Positions 60,742 through 64,000 of a stretch of 64,000 nucleotides of DNA are shown in pieces; the stretch's first letter is position 1, and each line of letters starts with the position of its first letter. The notes beneath the pieces are model-generated. The model saw nothing but the letters and a program-made list of their open reading frames with translations, ran no database searches and was not told the origin of the DNA. The DNA lies in NCBI GenBank assembly GCA_965223155.1, contig CBDCVR010000013.1, positions 224,001 to 288,000 of the forward strand, given 5' to 3'. The translations under genes and the position numbers were made by a program. This DNA comes from Candidatus Multivoradales bacterium. GTDB lineage: Bacteria > Acidobacteriota > Thermoanaerobaculia > Multivoradales > JAHEKO01.

Positions 60742-62097
60742 ATGAAGCGCTGGTTTGGCTTCGCGATCTTCGCTTTGGCGGCATGTTCTCCGTCCACCGA
60801 CGCCAACCGGGATCGGCCGGCGGAGAAGCCGTACCGCCCCAATGTCCTGCTGATCGTCGTGGACGCTCTGCGCGCCGATACCCTGGGCATCAACGGCTAC
60901 CCGCTGCCGACGAGCCCGAACATCGACGCCTTGGCCGCGGAAGGCGCGAACTTCGCGCGGACCTACTCGCACTCGACCTGGACGAAGCCGGCGATGGCGT
61001 CGCTTTTCACTTCGACCTATCCCATCCAGCACGGTCTAAACCGGGTCGCTTTCTTAGAAGAGTCAAAGCTCAGCACCGACGTGTTGGCCGGGACCTTCAC
61101 GACCATGGCCGAACACTTTTCGGCCGCCGGATATGACGCGCGGGCCTACGTCAACCAGGTGCACTTGCAGGAGAAGTTCGGTTTCGCCCAGGGCTTCGAG
61201 CAATTTGCCGCCGCCCGGGGCTCGAGCGCCTACAAGCTGAACTACCGGTTCCTGACTTGGCTCGACAAGAGGGAAGCGAACAGTGTTTCCCGTCCGTTCC
61301 TCGCCTACTTGCACTACCTAGAGCCGCACTGGCCCTACGACAGGAGACGGCCTGACCTCCCGGACGAGCTCCAGGAAGTGCAGATGGAATCGGAACCGCC
61401 GCGCTCGGGATTCGATGTGCCGGCGTGGCTCGAGGCCGGCCTCTCGGGCGCGGACCTTGCCGCCTTGCGCGCTCGCTACGACCGGGAGGTGGCCGTGGCG
61501 GATGGCGCCATCGGCTTGCTTTGGTCGGAGCTTCGGAAACGCGGTCTGACCCGAGACCTCTTGGTCGTGGTGACGTCGGATCACGGCGAGGCGTTCCTGG
61601 AGCATGGCCATCTCTTGCACGGCCACGCACCCTACGAAGAAGAGGTCCGGGTCCCTCTGGTCCTGCGCCTGCCCGAGAGGCTACGGCCGGCTGCCGAACG
61701 CCTCGACGACCCGGTTGGCCTGATCGACGTGCTCCCGACCCTCAGCGAGCTCTGCGCGCTCGAGCCCCCTGAGGGGGCGATGGGGCGCAGCCTGGTTCCT
61801 CTGCTGAGAGGCGAGACGCTTCCAGATAGGAGTCTTTTCATCGAGACGGCCGAAGGCGTGGCGGTCGTCGCCGGGACCTCGAAGCTGATTCGGTTCGCCG
61901 ACGACTCGCTGGCTTTCGTTTCGCTGGACGAGGATCCGGGCGAGAGCCGGCCGGCTACGGAATGCGTTGGCGCTTGCCGGGAGATGGCGGCGACCCTCCG
62001 AACATACTTTCGCCTGCCCCGCCTGGCCGGTGGGGAAGCGGCGAATCTGACCCGGGAGGAAATCGACGATCTTCGAGACCTGGGCTATCTGAACTGA
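60742..62097 (+). CDS. Sulfatase/alkaline-phosphatase-superfamily lipoprotein (Thr at the nucleophile position)
   Basis: Lipobox LAA-C, PNVLLIVVDALRAD, WTKPAMASLFT, TSDHGE and LRDLGY. Confidence 0.9.
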   Translation: MKRWFGFAIFALAACSPSTDANRDRPAEKPYRPNVLLIVVDALRADTLGINGYPLPTSPNIDALAAEGANFARTYSHSTWTKPAMASLFTSTYPIQHGLNRVAFLEESKLSTDVLAGTFTTMAEHFSAAGYDARAYVNQVHLQEKFGFAQGFEQFAAARGSSAYKLNYRFLTWLDKREANSVSRPFLAYLHYLEPHWPYDRRRPDLPDELQEVQMESEPPRSGFDVPAWLEAGLSGADLAALRARYDREVAVADGAIGLLWSELRKRGLTRDLLVVVTSDHGEAFLEHGHLLHGHAPYEEEVRVPLVLRLPERLRPAAERLDDPVGLIDVLPTLSELCALEPPEGAMGRSLVPLLRGETLPDRSLFIETAEGVAVVAGTSKLIRFADDSLAFVSLDEDPGESRPATECVGACREMAATLRTYFRLPRLAGGEAANLTREEIDDLRDLGYLN

Positions 62098-62140
62098 GCC
62101 TTCCGATTCAGCCCGAATCTTCGAGCTAGGCGCCTACGGC

Positions 62141-63625
62141 ATGAGCCTGAGACCAAGACTGCGACCCCGACCTAGGCGCTTCGAGATCGCGGCGCTGGCG
62201 CTCCTGCTCCTCGGCGGATTCTGGGTCGAGAGCTTGTCCTTGGCCGGCGCGGGCGAACCACGGCGGTTCAACGACACAGGCGTCTACGAAGAGCTGGCAA
62301 GGCTCAGCGTCCTGGAACCGGCTTTTTGGGCGGGGGACAAGCCGCCAACCGCGGCTTTGGCCTTCAAGCTGGCGGGCATCGACGGGGAACGGATCGGCCG
62401 GCTTCAAAGCGTGCTTTCAGTGCTGTGTTGGTTCGTCTTTGGACTGTGTTTGGCCGGCGGGGTCCGCTCCCTGGCGGGCAGGCTCGGTCTGGTAACGCTG
62501 GCCCTGGCGATGTCGTTCACCGTGCCGGTCAATCAGTGGGACCGGGTGCTGCTGTCCGAGTCCTTGTCTCTGTCGCTGACGGTCTTGACCGTAGGCCTCG
62601 CGGTCGCACTCGCGCGGGTGGCCTTCGGCTCCGACAGAGATTCCGCCGCGTCCGCGCCGTCCGAAGGCCGGGGCATGAGGACGCTGCTTCTCGTCGCCGC
62701 GACCGTTGTTTCCGGTTTCCTGCTGGCGCTCACCAGGGACACGAATGTGTTTCTGGTGGCTTTCTTGGCGTTGGGGATCCTGCTGCTCGCGGTCGTGGGT
62801 CGGGCTCGAGCCTCGGCGATACCCAGCGACCGGAAAGGATGGATGCCGCTCTTGGCCGCGGCCCTCGGCCTACTCCTCGTCACGTTCCTCGGTCACGAGC
62901 TCATGGTGCGTTCGGAGCGCTGGCGCGATCCGCTCACCAACGTCCTGCTGTCTCGAGTCGTACCCAACCCGGAGGTCTATCGCGTCTTCGTCGAGAAGCT
63001 GGGTCTTCCGGAGAATCGGACCTTCGCGCGCTACCGGAAGCGCAAAGCCTGGAGCAGGGTGCACTTCGGCGAGCCCATCCGGACTCGTTTCCTGACCGGC
63101 GACCCCGAAGTCGCCGACGTCCATCACTGGATGCGGGAGTCCGGCCGCGCTGCGTATGCCCGCTACCTGCTGGTGATGCGCCCCAGGGCGTCTCTCCTGC
63201 AGTCGTTCGCAGCCCTGCGAGCCGGGGCGTCGCGCTCGACCTGGAGACAGTTCGGCAAGGGGGCGGGGCAGAAGGACTGGACTTTGGCTTTGACCCGTTG
63301 GTTCATGCCGAGCCTGCCGGCGAGGCCGGCGCCCTTGATCATCGCGTTCGGGGTCGCCTGTCTCACGGGCTTGGCGGTTCCCAGGGTTCGGGTGCTCGCA
63401 GTTGTCGCCGCGTTCCTTCTGGCCGCGGCCTGGATCCAAGCGTTTCTGAGCTTCCACGGCGATGATTCGAATCTGGCGCGCCACGCCGCTCCGGCGGCAC
63501 TTGCCGAGTCCGTGGGCCTGGTTCTTCTGGGAGTCGCGCTGCTGGCTTGGGCCGGGACGAGGCTCCAACGCTCGATCCGCGGGTTGAGCCGCCGAACACC
63601 GCGGTCGAGGCCGGAGTCGGGCTAG
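62141..63625 (+). CDS. Polytopic membrane protein, GT-C glycosyltransferase-like
   Basis: About 10 TM segments, N-terminal loop DTGVY, KPP, LLSESL and a large periplasmic loop. Confidence 0.65.
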   Translation: MSLRPRLRPRPRRFEIAALALLLLGGFWVESLSLAGAGEPRRFNDTGVYEELARLSVLEPAFWAGDKPPTAALAFKLAGIDGERIGRLQSVLSVLCWFVFGLCLAGGVRSLAGRLGLVTLALAMSFTVPVNQWDRVLLSESLSLSLTVLTVGLAVALARVAFGSDRDSAASAPSEGRGMRTLLLVAATVVSGFLLALTRDTNVFLVAFLALGILLLAVVGRARASAIPSDRKGWMPLLAAALGLLLVTFLGHELMVRSERWRDPLTNVLLSRVVPNPEVYRVFVEKLGLPENRTFARYRKRKAWSRVHFGEPIRTRFLTGDPEVADVHHWMRESGRAAYARYLLVMRPRASLLQSFAALRAGASRSTWRQFGKGAGQKDWTLALTRWFMPSLPARPAPLIIAFGVACLTGLAVPRVRVLAVVAAFLLAAAWIQAFLSFHGDDSNLARHAAPAALAESVGLVLLGVALLAWAGTRLQRSIRGLSRRTPRSRPESG

Positions 63626-64000
63626 TTGACGTAGCCGAGCGCCCGCAGGTGCTCGGTGGCTTCGTCAGTTTGACGAACGCCTTCGGCGAAGCTGCGGTCG
63701 AGGCGGGGCGCTTCGGCCAAGAAGCGGTCCAGCTCCGCCCGCAGCTTGGCCGCGGCTTCGGGACGTTCACGGATCGCGTTGCGCTGTTCGTAGGGATCGT
63801 CGTCGAGATGGAACAGCTCTTCGGCCAGCGGCTCGGTGTGGCGCACGAATTTCCAATTCTGCGCCAAGATCGCTTGACGTTCGTAGAGGACCTCGAGGTC
63901 CGGAGTCTCATGCCGGAACATGCCAAAGACCGGGCGCGGCCGCGCTGGTGAGCCTTCGAGGAGAGGCACCAGACTCCGGCCGGCCGCGAGCGGCTTGGTC
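63622..64000 (-). CDS. Sulfatase-family protein, C-terminal part (partial, start beyond window)
   Basis: GRSLVPLL, ELFHLDDDPYEQRN and LRALGYVN. The frame is open to the window edge. Confidence 0.85.
   Translation of the reverse strand, partial: TKPLAAGRSLVPLLEGSPARPRPVFGMFRHETPDLEVLYERQAILAQNWKFVRHTEPLAEELFHLDDDPYEQRNAIRERPEAAAKLRAELDRFLAEAPRLDRSFAEGVRQTDEATEHLRALGYVN

Overview
A high-GC, gene-dense stretch of core chromosome with about 60 CDSs. The gene repertoire suggests Acidobacteriota, possibly Thermoanaerobaculia-like, but that is an inference. I found no rRNA, tRNA, CRISPR array, prophage or transposase. In order, the window holds: a partial Ser/Thr kinase, a serine hydrolase, a thiolase, radC, metG-tatD, a Nif3 and HD-GYP pair, and the rimP-nusA-infB-DUF503-rbfA-nrnA-truB-rpsO-pnp cluster with its promoter and leader terminator. 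Next come degP, a sigma54 activator, pyrE, two acyl-CoA dehydrogenases, a DUF4388/MshEN protein, a two-subunit B12 mutase with isobutyryl-CoA mutase signature residues, a RomR-like regulator, birA, a DnaD-like hypothetical, comEC, miaA, an SLH/TPR lipoprotein, pgsA, an AI-2E transporter, dnaE, a tRNA nucleotidyltransferase and rsmD. A small accessory cluster follows (carbonic anhydrase, 2x DinB, GNAT, DUF167, MOSC, Fe-S). After it is a complex I operon nuoA-E-F-G-H-J-K-L-M-N-rex that lacks nuoB/C/D/I, and then sulfatase-fold genes around a GT-C-like membrane protein. Best leads: (1) the Q-module-less nuo operon, which ends in rex and has a Rex operator over its promoter; (2) a ~1.35 kb block inside nuoL with abruptly different synonymous codon usage; (3) Myxococcus-type polarity components (RomR-like and MshEN/DUF4388); (4) a DnaD-like orphan protein; (5) an ICM-type mutase pathway. 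All calls are by motif recognition by eye; no searches were run.
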